DNA from: Clostridiaceae bacterium
GTDB lineage: Bacteria > Bacillota > Clostridia > Acetivibrionales > DUMB01
DNA: 64,000 nt
Reading direction: 5' to 3'
Assembly (NCBI GenBank): GCA_012840535.1
Contig: DULF01000049.1
Location: 2,846 to 66,845 of the forward strand
Position numbers and translations under genes: made by a program. A model generated the notes under the pieces. That model saw only the letters and a program-made list of their open reading frames with translations. It did not search any database and was not told where the DNA came from. Shown in pieces: positions 16,966-26,155 of the stretch; positions within the stretch are counted from its first letter, which is position 1; the number at the start of each line of letters is the position of its first letter.

Positions 16966-19323
16966 ATGCCAGAAAATTTTGAAAAGAATTACCATATTAG
17001 TAATAAGTTCGGTCTTTCTATAAACTTTATGCCTGAAAAAGGACAGTATGATTTATTGTTTAAGGGGCGCAAATGGCTGGGAAATGGAATAATAAGCGTT
17101 TTTAAAAACGGTAGATGGTATAGGAGCCAGACGTCATACAATCTAGGTATTGGCTTTGAGGATGGATATTCTGTAAAGGATAAGGATGAGGAGCTTGGAA
17201 TAACTGAAATCAGGCAAGGCACAGAAGAGGATGTAATAGGTTCTTTTGAGTATATTGACTGCAAATGGGAATTTTCTGATAAAAGCCTTGAGTTTATTAC
17301 AAGTTTCCGTGTTTATAAAGAAAAACCTCATGTCGTCTTTGTTGAAAGATTCCCTAAGGGCTTCAAAAATTACGCCAATGGAAATTGGACACAGCCATCT
17401 ATGGTATTTCCGCAATTTTCACTCCCATCAGGAGGAAGTGAAGATATAAGGGATGATCTGTATTCCTGGACCAGCGGCGGCATGTTCAATCATAGATTCG
17501 GCTACGGCAATGCAGGTGCAATTAGCGGAGCAGTCGATATATTGGTGCTTGCCGACAAGGACAATAATGCCATGATACTCTCCCCCTTTGCCAATTATCT
17601 TGCAGCTACGCAACAATGCGTACATCTCGGAGGCAAGCCCTTCCAGTTCACCTATGCGATCAACTGCGGCATACAGGGTCTGGCAAGTGAAATACCCGAA
17701 GGGTATGAGCATATGCATATCGTTACGGCTTCTGAAGGCATAAACAATACTTTCCGAATGTGGGGCGATGCTCTTCTTTCAAAAAGCGGGAAAAAGAGAC
17801 CTTCAAAATATGAAGATGATTCGTTAAAGTACATAGCTTACCTCGACGATTATGGTGCATATTATTGGTCAAAAAAATTCACCGACAGCGAATATGACAA
17901 TTATGAGGATATAATAATTGCCGTGGAAGAGGAGTTGAAAAATAACGGAATCCGGACTGGAGTATACCATGTATTGGATTCCGATCAATTGAAATACAAG
18001 GAAGGCTTGTATGAACCTCTTGATTCTCTTTTTCCAAGAGGTGTGAAATGGCTGAGTGAAAAGATCGGAAGACCCATACAGGCATACATGTGCTGGCTTG
18101 CCTCTAAAGGCCCGTATAGAGAAAAATTTCCCTATTTCGATTGCGGAGCAGATGGGGATGTTCCTTTGGCTAGCATGGGCGACGTGTTTTATAGCGAGGA
18201 TTATTGGGAGTATACTGCAGAAAAGCTTGCAAGCTGGGGCTGCATTAGCCTTATGATTGATTATATCAATATTTATGAGGGCGACAAGGTTATGATGTCT
18301 GGCATAAATAATATGGATATATATTTCAAAAACATGGCAAAAGCGCTTCATAAAAAAGGTATATCAATTCATTACTGCATGCAGATGCCAAGGCATGTCA
18401 TGGAATCTGTTGAGAATCCGGCAATGCTGTCGCTGCAAGGCACATGGGACCATCATGTATTGCGTAACAAGTTCAATATGGAGAATTCAGACAGTTACCA
18501 GTGGAAACACCTCATTTTTACCAATGCATTTTACGGCAGCCTCGGTATATGGCCGTCGAGGGACAATATTCAGACGGTTGCTGATGCAAATGCCTATGAA
18601 GATGTCCTTGTAGCAAATCTTTCAGGAGGTCAGCTGCAGCTGGGACATAAGGTTGGAGAATGCGATTTCAGTTTGCTGAAAAAGACATACCGAGAATGTG
18701 ACGGACTTGTCCTGAAAGCCGACAGGCCTATTACACCAATTGACAGGTGCTATATTGAAGGTGGAATGGTAGGTTACACAGAATCCAACATTTCCGGACA
18801 TAAATGGTACTATGTTCTTAGTTTGCCGAGTTCAGGTTATCTGTCGAGTTTCTCAGTAGCTGATTTAGGTGGTAAGGGTAAGTATCTGGTTTACAATTAT
18901 GAAATGAAATGTGCTTCGGTTAAAAGCGAGGATTGTCAGATTCCTCTCCTCAGAGATGCAAAACATGAATACTTTGTTGTTGCTCCTGTTTTTGACAACG
19001 GGATGGCTGTGATTGGAGATACTGAAAAGTTCGTCACAATGGCTGATATGCGAGTGGCTTCAGTCGAAACTTGCTCCAAAATGCTTAAGGTTGGAGTAAT
19101 ATCAGGCTTGGGTGATAATCCCATAATTACCGGCTATTCGCCCACAAGGCCGAGTAAAATTGTATGCAATGGGGAGGCGATGGAAGAAACGACCAGCCTC
19201 GGAAGGTTAAGAATATCACAGTGCGGATGGTTTTGGGACTCGATAACTAAATTGTGGCATGTAAAGATGGATTTCTCCGACTTGAGTGAAATAGTAACAA
19301 GGGAATTCATTGTAGCCTATTAA
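16966..19323 (+). CDS. Large cytosolic protein of unknown family, possibly a highly divergent GH36/raffinose-synthase-like (clan GH-D) glycosidase
   Basis: 785 aa from ATG 16966 (RBS AAAGGGGA); no signal peptide. YLDDYGAYYW, VYHVLDSDQ and SLMIDYIN are positioned like the GWCTWDAFY, IDDGWQ and K-x-D motifs of GH36-type enzymes (weak, by eye). It sits next to a sugar two-component/ABC locus. Confidence 0.7.
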   Translation: MPENFEKNYHISNKFGLSINFMPEKGQYDLLFKGRKWLGNGIISVFKNGRWYRSQTSYNLGIGFEDGYSVKDKDEELGITEIRQGTEEDVIGSFEYIDCKWEFSDKSLEFITSFRVYKEKPHVVFVERFPKGFKNYANGNWTQPSMVFPQFSLPSGGSEDIRDDLYSWTSGGMFNHRFGYGNAGAISGAVDILVLADKDNNAMILSPFANYLAATQQCVHLGGKPFQFTYAINCGIQGLASEIPEGYEHMHIVTASEGINNTFRMWGDALLSKSGKKRPSKYEDDSLKYIAYLDDYGAYYWSKKFTDSEYDNYEDIIIAVEEELKNNGIRTGVYHVLDSDQLKYKEGLYEPLDSLFPRGVKWLSEKIGRPIQAYMCWLASKGPYREKFPYFDCGADGDVPLASMGDVFYSEDYWEYTAEKLASWGCISLMIDYINIYEGDKVMMSGINNMDIYFKNMAKALHKKGISIHYCMQMPRHVMESVENPAMLSLQGTWDHHVLRNKFNMENSDSYQWKHLIFTNAFYGSLGIWPSRDNIQTVADANAYEDVLVANLSGGQLQLGHKVGECDFSLLKKTYRECDGLVLKADRPITPIDRCYIEGGMVGYTESNISGHKWYYVLSLPSSGYLSSFSVADLGGKGKYLVYNYEMKCASVKSEDCQIPLLRDAKHEYFVVAPVFDNGMAVIGDTEKFVTMADMRVASVETCSKMLKVGVISGLGDNPIITGYSPTRPSKIVCNGEAMEETTSLGRLRISQCGWFWDSITKLWHVKMDFSDLSEIVTREFIVAY

Positions 19324-19364
19324 CTGGTGGGAATAGCAACTGTATTTATACCTGATTGAGGATG

Positions 19365-19414
19365 CCTTGCAGAAATAACGATTGGTAAAATGGCTACATA
19401 ATATTTCTGCAAGG
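19365..19414 (+). terminator. Hairpin downstream of the 785-aa gene (possible terminator)
   Basis: Perfect 13-bp stem CCTTGCAGAAATA / TATTTCTGCAAGG with a 24-nt loop, followed by the T-rich TATTCTGATT. Confidence 0.4.
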
Positions 19415-19531
19415 TATTCTGATTGCAGTGTGATGGTGAGTTTTTGGTTTTGTTAGTTGAAAATCGTACCCTGGTAGACTATAATAATTTTGTGCAGGCT
19501 TAAAGGGTTGATTCGTCAGAGGTGTAATGCC

Positions 19532-21379
19532 ATGAAAAAAAAAGCACATTCAATAAAAAAGGTGTTCGCTGGAAGTATAGCAAGAAAACTGTTTACCTTG
19601 ATCGTTTTTGGAGTTCTATTGCCTTTTTTTATTTTGAATGGCTTTTTTTATAGAAGCATTATTAGTAATTCCATGTCAAATTACATAAATATGAGCTTGA
19701 ATACCATGACGCTGCTTTCAAGCACTGTCAAAGGTTATTTTGACTCAATTGACGATATGATAATGGACCTTTACAGGGATGATGAGTTTTTCGTCAAGTT
19801 GAGAAATGGATTTCAAGACTATGTTGATAAAAGGGATTTTGAAGATAAGATTATAAGGATTCTTAGAAAAAATAAAGAATTTAATAGTATTGAGTTCTAT
19901 GTTTCTAAAAACCATTCACTGTATAAATTTAGTAAAAACTTTCATATTTCTTCTGTTACAATCACTAACAATTTGACATATCAAGAGATTGAAAAAACAA
20001 ATAGGATACCATTTATCAAAAACACAATGCAAAAGGAATACGCCTATATTACGCCGAGCCACGAAATGACAGTTGATGAAAAAGGAAAAAAAGTAAAAGG
20101 GTTCTCATTTAACAGGCAGATTAAAAATTTGCCTGGCGGCAACATCCTGGGGATAATATCTATAAATATAAAATACGATTATTTGAGTTCCATTTGCAAC
20201 TCCGCAATGATAAATCCAAATGAATCCATTTTTATCTGCAGCGTATCAGGAGATATTACCTTTGGAAGTAAAAATGACGCTAAAATAATAAGCAACTTAA
20301 AGTCAGCAATCGATAAAATAAGCTACAGTGAAAATACGGAAGAAAAGGGGATAATAAAACCAGACGGAGAAAATTGGATTGCTTTTTACAATAAAATCCC
20401 ATTTTCTGAGATTCTCCTTATCAAATTGATTCCTTATGATTCCATATATGCTGAAATAACGAAGATAGCTTTCAGGAATATAGGAATAAGTATGATTTTA
20501 CTGTCATTTGTTGTGATAATTGTTATTTTAGTATCTTTGTCTATCACAAGGCCGCTGTCAAAATTAAGGGAAGCCATGAATCATATTAAATCGGGGAATT
20601 ACAACGTTTCAGTACGATTGAACGGAGCAGATGAACTAAGTGCTGCCGTGGAGACTTTTAACCTGATGGCTGAAAAAATCAACAAGCTTATCAATGAGCA
20701 TTTTAAAGCACAGCTTTCCGAAAAGACAGCGCAACTTGAAGCGCTTCAGTCAAAAATCAATCCACATTTCCTGAGTAATACGCTACAAACGATAAAGTAT
20801 CTGGCAGTCAGACGCAATGCCTTTGAGGTGAGTGAAATAGTAGACGCACTGGCTCCGATATTGCGTTACAGTATTTATAGCTTTGAAGGTGCTGTAAAAT
20901 TATCGGACGAGATCAGAAATGTTGAAAGATATTTATTAATACAAAAGTACAGATATTTGGAAAAACTCAATTATAAGGTCTATGTGGACCCAGAGGTTGA
21001 GGATTTTCAATTGCCGCGGGTTACACTTCAACCCCTGGTAGAGAATTCGGTAATCCATGGAATTGAAGAAGGAACGGGTAAAGGCTGCATTGAAGTTAAT
21101 TGCCTGAAAAAGGATGGAAATGTAATTATCAGCATTGTTGACGATGGCAGAGGCTTTTCTGAAGATAAAAGGTTAAGTATTCTTGAAGATATAAAAAAAT
21201 ATAACATGAGAAACATGGAGGAAAGTTCAAGTATAGGAATAAGAAATGTCTTTTACAGACTTAAACTTTTCTTTGGCGATAAGATTTTATTTTTTATTGA
21301 CAGCGAGCCATATAAGAAGACAGAAGTAAAGCTGATCATATTAATGGATGAACCGTCAGCAGCAATTGAAATGAAATGA
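19532..21379 (+). CDS. Sensor histidine kinase, YesM/LytS-type (two TM helices, extracellular sensor, HAMP, His_kinase, HATPase)
   Basis: HAMP region RPLSKLREAMNHIKSGNY, phosphoacceptor block QSKINPHFLSNTLQTI, ATPase blocks LQPLVENSVIHG and DDGRGF. ATG 19532 is preferred (AGAGGTG RBS). Confidence 0.9.
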   Translation: MKKKAHSIKKVFAGSIARKLFTLIVFGVLLPFFILNGFFYRSIISNSMSNYINMSLNTMTLLSSTVKGYFDSIDDMIMDLYRDDEFFVKLRNGFQDYVDKRDFEDKIIRILRKNKEFNSIEFYVSKNHSLYKFSKNFHISSVTITNNLTYQEIEKTNRIPFIKNTMQKEYAYITPSHEMTVDEKGKKVKGFSFNRQIKNLPGGNILGIISINIKYDYLSSICNSAMINPNESIFICSVSGDITFGSKNDAKIISNLKSAIDKISYSENTEEKGIIKPDGENWIAFYNKIPFSEILLIKLIPYDSIYAEITKIAFRNIGISMILLSFVVIIVILVSLSITRPLSKLREAMNHIKSGNYNVSVRLNGADELSAAVETFNLMAEKINKLINEHFKAQLSEKTAQLEALQSKINPHFLSNTLQTIKYLAVRRNAFEVSEIVDALAPILRYSIYSFEGAVKLSDEIRNVERYLLIQKYRYLEKLNYKVYVDPEVEDFQLPRVTLQPLVENSVIHGIEEGTGKGCIEVNCLKKDGNVIISIVDDGRGFSEDKRLSILEDIKKYNMRNMEESSSIGIRNVFYRLKLFFGDKILFFIDSEPYKKTEVKLIILMDEPSAAIEMK

Positions 21380-22659
21380 ATAAAAAGGGTGATGCTTCAT
21401 TGAAAGCCTTGATAATTGATGATGAGGCCGGTGCCCGTGAATATTTAAAGTTCATAGGAAAATGGGAACGTTTAGGTATAAATATAGTACTTGAGGCTGA
21501 AAATGGCGAAGATGGTCTTAGAAAAATATCTGAGGAAAATCCTGAGTTGATTGTAACAGATATGCGCATGCCGGTCATGGATGGCATAAAACTGCTTGAG
21601 ATGATTGAGCAAAGAGCGCTTAGTGCAAAAATACTTGTGATTAGCGGTTATAGTGATTTCACCTATACTCGAAGGGCAATAAAATCAAAAGTAATCGATT
21701 ATTTATTAAAGCCTGTCAATCCGGAGGAATTTAATAGCTCGCTTAAGAAGGCTGTTGATGAAATCAGATCGGGGTTAAATGTCGACGGCGCTGGTACCGT
21801 GTCGCTGGAAAATCTACAAGCGGACCTCGATGGCAGACCTACAAGAGGAAATGAAGGATTATATAGGCTAATGGAGTTGGTGGAATATGACCAGGAAAGA
21901 GAAGATTTCATTTTATTGGTAACAAAGGTATTAAATTTTGAAGATATAAAGCGTGACTGCTTTAACAAATCGCCTGGGCTATTTTGCTATTTCATTGAAA
22001 CAAAACTAAATGGTATTGTATTCAAGAGCGGGAAATATTTATCTACCAGGGATATTGACTGTGTAAATGAATTTGTGACGATCTTGACATTTGATAAAAG
22101 CAAAGATCAGAGGATATTCTGCGATATTTACGAGTATTGTAAGCTTATGCTGAATGAGATGGAAAATCACAGTATTAAATGCAATATAGGGTTGAGTAAT
22201 AGAGCTAGCAACCGTACTGACTTTATTACCGCCTTTGAACAAGCGAAAACAGCTCTTTCGGGAGCAAATGCCATTAAAGACGAAAAAATTTTATATTATA
22301 ATGATAACATATTAGAGAATAAAACGTACAGTAATTTAGTAATTAACATCATGAATTTTATTCTTGAGAATTATTATATGAAACTGTCTCTTGATTATAT
22401 TTCTAAGATGTTTTTTGTTAGTAGGGAACATCTTTGCAGAATTTTCAAAGAGGAAACTGGCGAGAATCTGTTCAGATTCATAAACAGAGTGAGGATGGAA
22501 AAGGCAAGAGAGCTTTTAGAGGACGAAAGCCTGAAAATATGTAATATTGCCAGGATGGTCGGGTTAGAAGATAATAACTATTTTACCAAGGTGTTTAAAA
22601 AACACTTTGGTATTCCACCGCAGGAATATAGAAATGTTAAACGCAAATTTAAAGGCTGA
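21376..22659 (+). CDS. Response regulator with AraC-type HTH output (YesN-like)
   Basis: Receiver domain KALIIDDE...VTDMRMPVMDGIKLL...LLKP. C-terminal HTH_AraC ...ICNIARMVGLEDNNYFTKVFKKHFGIPPQEYR. ATGA overlap with the kinase stop. Confidence 0.9.
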   Translation: MNKKGDASLKALIIDDEAGAREYLKFIGKWERLGINIVLEAENGEDGLRKISEENPELIVTDMRMPVMDGIKLLEMIEQRALSAKILVISGYSDFTYTRRAIKSKVIDYLLKPVNPEEFNSSLKKAVDEIRSGLNVDGAGTVSLENLQADLDGRPTRGNEGLYRLMELVEYDQEREDFILLVTKVLNFEDIKRDCFNKSPGLFCYFIETKLNGIVFKSGKYLSTRDIDCVNEFVTILTFDKSKDQRIFCDIYEYCKLMLNEMENHSIKCNIGLSNRASNRTDFITAFEQAKTALSGANAIKDEKILYYNDNILENKTYSNLVINIMNFILENYYMKLSLDYISKMFFVSREHLCRIFKEETGENLFRFINRVRMEKARELLEDESLKICNIARMVGLEDNNYFTKVFKKHFGIPPQEYRNVKRKFKG

Positions 22660-22800
22660 TTCGGCCGTTTTCGCTATGATACTAATCAATATTTTACGAT
22701 AACACTGCAATCAAATCCATTTAATTCTTCTATAAAAAAATTATAAAATATTAGATAAAGAGCTTACATGCTCTAAATATTAAAGCTCAGGGGTGATTTT

Positions 22801-24120
22801 AGTGTTTTCAAAAAAGACATTATGGTTTCTTGTAACGATTTTATTAATTTCTTTTATTCTTCCTGCTTGTTCGTCGTCAGATGCAAACAAGACATCGGAT
22901 ACTTCCGGTACGTCACATCAGGCCGAACAGACAAAATCCCAAACAGAACAAAAAAAAGAAGGAGAAAGCAATGCCGAGCCGGTTATTTTAAAATTTCTTC
23001 ATTATCAGATTGAATGGGCAGACAGAATAGATAATCTTTCGGATGAATTTAATAAGGATGTACCCAATGTAACGATTGAGAACGAAGCAAGCTCGGACTT
23101 TTATACTATTCTGAGGACGAGGATAGCCAGCAATGATATTCCTGACATACTTGGGCTTCCTACCTATTATGCCTTGAAGGATTACAAGGAGTATCTTTTA
23201 GACCTTACCGGCGAACCTTATTGGGATGAAGTGATGGATTATGCGAAGCTGTCTGTTACAGTAGATGGGAAATTATTCGGAATCCCATTGGATATTGAGA
23301 CCTGGGGCATCATATATGACAAGGATACCTTCACGAAAGCTGGTATAAATGAGCTTCCCAGGACGCTGACACAATTAAGGGATACCTGTGAAAAAATAAA
23401 AAAGTTGGGGATTTTACCTTTTGGCGAAGGATATAAGGAAGACTGGATCATAGGACACATATTCAGAATGATCATAGGATGCGATCCGACTCCTGCCAAA
23501 ACAATGGAAGATGTAATGGCAGGAAAAATAAAGCTTAAGGATCTTGAGGCTTGTAAAAAGCTTTTTGACTTCTTTGACATAGTTAAAGAAAATTGTCCTG
23601 AAAAAGCTCTGGAAATTGATTATGCTGCGCAGTGCTCTAGTCTTGGATTAAAGAAGGCGGCGATGATAACACAGGGTGACTGGGCAGAAGATATGATAAA
23701 AATGGTGAACCCTGATATTAATATCGGTATGATGGGTGTTCCCATCAGCGAGGATCCAAGTGAATGCAGACTGTATTCAGATGTTTCCTGGTGTATGGCG
23801 ATTTCCAAAAGCAGCAAGCATGTGGATGAAGCAAAGGAGCTTTTTAGCTGGATAGTATCAAAGCCGAATGGGAAGAAATGGCTGGAAACGGTTGGAGAAT
23901 TCTCAACCCGATTAAGGGCAATAATCCGAATTTTGGAGTGCTTACTCAGGACGCGTTAAAATTCATCAATGAAGGAAACATATATCCATGGGGATATCAT
24001 TTTTTCTCCTCCACCTTTGAGCCAACAATCAATGGGGCAATGCAGGAGTATTTTATGGGTAAGCTCAACAGGGACGAATGCCTTGACAAAATAAACGAAG
24101 AATTTGTAAGTGGTAACTAA
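22801..24120 (+). pseudogene. ABC sugar substrate-binding lipoprotein interrupted by a 1-nt frameshift
   Basis: Lipobox ILPAC. ORF 22793..23959 and ORF 23878..24120 are consecutive parts of one family-1 binding protein. The reading frame changes near 23900-23910 (..WLETVGEF / NPIKGNNPNFGVLTQDA..). Confidence 0.8.
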
Positions 24121-24215
24121 GTATTCTTACTATTTTTTATAGTTCAAATCTTTATGAATACTTTAAATGGGCGGAAAGCTTCGGCTTTCCGCCAACAGTT
24201 AAAAGAGGGATTGCA

Positions 24216-25097
24216 ATGACAAAGAAAAGGCGTAAAATTATATTAGAGTTTATAATATTTACCTCTCCGGTAATTCTGCTTTTTTTGCTTACATATATAT
24301 ATCCGTTTATCAGTGGATTTATATATATGTTTACCGATTGGAATGGAATAAGCTCAAAAATTACTTTTGTGGGACTTGAAAACTTTTCTAATATTTTTAG
24401 CGAAAGCTCAGGCTTTGTGAATTCGGTTTCTTTCACAATCAGGTTGACTGCTGTTGTCGTACCGGTTTCGAATTTATTGGCGCTAGCATTTGCATTAATT
24501 CTCGATATGGATTTAAAATTAAGAAATTTCATCAGGACGCTTTTATTCATGCCCAATGTAATTACTTTAATAATTATAGGCTTCATGTGGCAGTTCGTTT
24601 TTACAAATACATTTGAGTCCTTATACAAATATACCGGCTTGGATTTCTTCAATTGGAGCTGGCTGGGTGATGAAAGGCTTGCATTTTGGTCTGTAGCGGT
24701 GGTATGTATATGGCAGGTAGTAGGTTTCTACATGGTCATTTACATTTCAGGTCTTCAGACAGTCAATCAGGAAGTATTAGAGGCATCCATCATCGACGGA
24801 GCTGGCAGGTGGCAAAGATTTTATCATATAATCCTACCTTTTATTGTGCCTGCCATTACCATTGCGTTATTTTTATCCATTTCAAACACTTTAAGGACTT
24901 TCGATATTCCTTTCGTACTCACCAAGGGGGGACCGGGGTTTGCTACAAGGACAGTAGTCTTCAATATTTATGAAGAAGCATTCAAAAAAAATAATTACGG
25001 TCTGGGTTCGGCAAAAGCTTTTATACTATTTGTTGCAACTGCTCTGATAACCCTTATCCAGGTATTGGTGCTGAAAAGAAAAGAGGTGGAAAACTAA
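24216..25097 (+). CDS. ABC sugar transporter permease (LacF/UgpA-like)
   Basis: EAA loop LEASIIDGAGRWQRFYHIILPF; six TM helices. Confidence 0.9.
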   Translation: MTKKRRKIILEFIIFTSPVILLFLLTYIYPFISGFIYMFTDWNGISSKITFVGLENFSNIFSESSGFVNSVSFTIRLTAVVVPVSNLLALAFALILDMDLKLRNFIRTLLFMPNVITLIIIGFMWQFVFTNTFESLYKYTGLDFFNWSWLGDERLAFWSVAVVCIWQVVGFYMVIYISGLQTVNQEVLEASIIDGAGRWQRFYHIILPFIVPAITIALFLSISNTLRTFDIPFVLTKGGPGFATRTVVFNIYEEAFKKNNYGLGSAKAFILFVATALITLIQVLVLKRKEVEN

Positions 25098-25927
25098 TGA
25101 ACAGAAGAAGCAGTCTCATTTTTCTCGAAGTTCTAATAATCTTTGCTACCATTTTCTTTTTATATCCGATTATTATCGGATTTCTCAATACGTTCAAGCC
25201 TTTTAGGGATATTATGGCGGATGCTATTTCATTGCCAAAAGGACTTTATCTAACTAACTACGTGACTGTATGGGATCAGATGCAGTATTTTAAGAAATTA
25301 TTAAATTCATTAGTTATATGTCTGGTCTCTATTGTTGCTATTGTTGTATTGAGCGCTTTATGCGCTTACAAACTTTCGAGGGATGAAAAAAGAATACCTG
25401 CAAGCAGGATTATTTTTATCGCTTTTGTTTCATCCATGGTTATACCTTTCCATGCAATCATGATACCAACAATACAGGAAATGAAGTTTCTTAATCTTAT
25501 TAATACTCTTGAAGGAGTAATAATTTTTGATATAGGTGGATGTTGCCCTTTGGCTGTATTCCTCTACCATGGTTTTATAAAAACAGTTCCGCTTGAGCTT
25601 GAAGAGTGTGCAAGGATAGATGGTTGCAATACACTAAGGGTTTTTGTACAAATCGTATTTCCCTTGCTAAGCCCTATAACCGTTATGGTTATTGTGCTGA
25701 ATACTATTAACATATGGAATGATTTTCTGTTTCCCTACCTGGTATTGTCGAGTAAAAGTAAAATGACGCTTCCTCTGGCACTTTTCCAATTTGTAGGAAG
25801 ATATATGAAGGAATGGGATAAAATGCTTGCAGGTTCATTTCTGTGTATGGCTCCAATAGTAATATTCTACTTCATTCTTCAACGTTATATCATTAAAGGA
25901 ATTGTAATGGGATCCATTAAAGGTTAG
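25097..25927 (+). CDS. ABC sugar transporter permease (LacG/UgpE-like)
   Basis: EAA loop LEECARIDGCNTLRVFVQIVFPL. Start overlaps the preceding stop. Confidence 0.9.
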   Translation: MNRRSSLIFLEVLIIFATIFFLYPIIIGFLNTFKPFRDIMADAISLPKGLYLTNYVTVWDQMQYFKKLLNSLVICLVSIVAIVVLSALCAYKLSRDEKRIPASRIIFIAFVSSMVIPFHAIMIPTIQEMKFLNLINTLEGVIIFDIGGCCPLAVFLYHGFIKTVPLELEECARIDGCNTLRVFVQIVFPLLSPITVMVIVLNTINIWNDFLFPYLVLSSKSKMTLPLALFQFVGRYMKEWDKMLAGSFLCMAPIVIFYFILQRYIIKGIVMGSIKG

Positions 25928-26155
25928 TATATACTAGTCAAAAGCTTTGACTATGAGTGCTTACATTATAAAAAAGCTATTTTCTTGAATTTTAGAAAAT
26001 TCGAAAAGGTTATCCTGCACGAAAATTGAAGCTCCTATTCACGCGAAGTTGTCGACTTTCTGTGATTTAATGATTTTTACATTTTTTGCGTATTCGTTCA
26101 AAGCTCTAATCCGGCAGTTTTTTCAACAAAAAATAAAAAGTAGGAGGAAGGTTTT

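Noticed and set aside
25935-26002. Small palindromes between the permease and the mttB-like gene: TAGTCAAA-AGC-TTTGACTA (25935-25953) and GAATTTT-AG-AAAATTC (25987-26002).
   Set aside because: The stems are short and AT-rich with no T-run, so this is not a convincing terminator. There is no second copy or known operator consensus to support a regulatory call. Such palindromes are expected by chance in AT-rich DNA.
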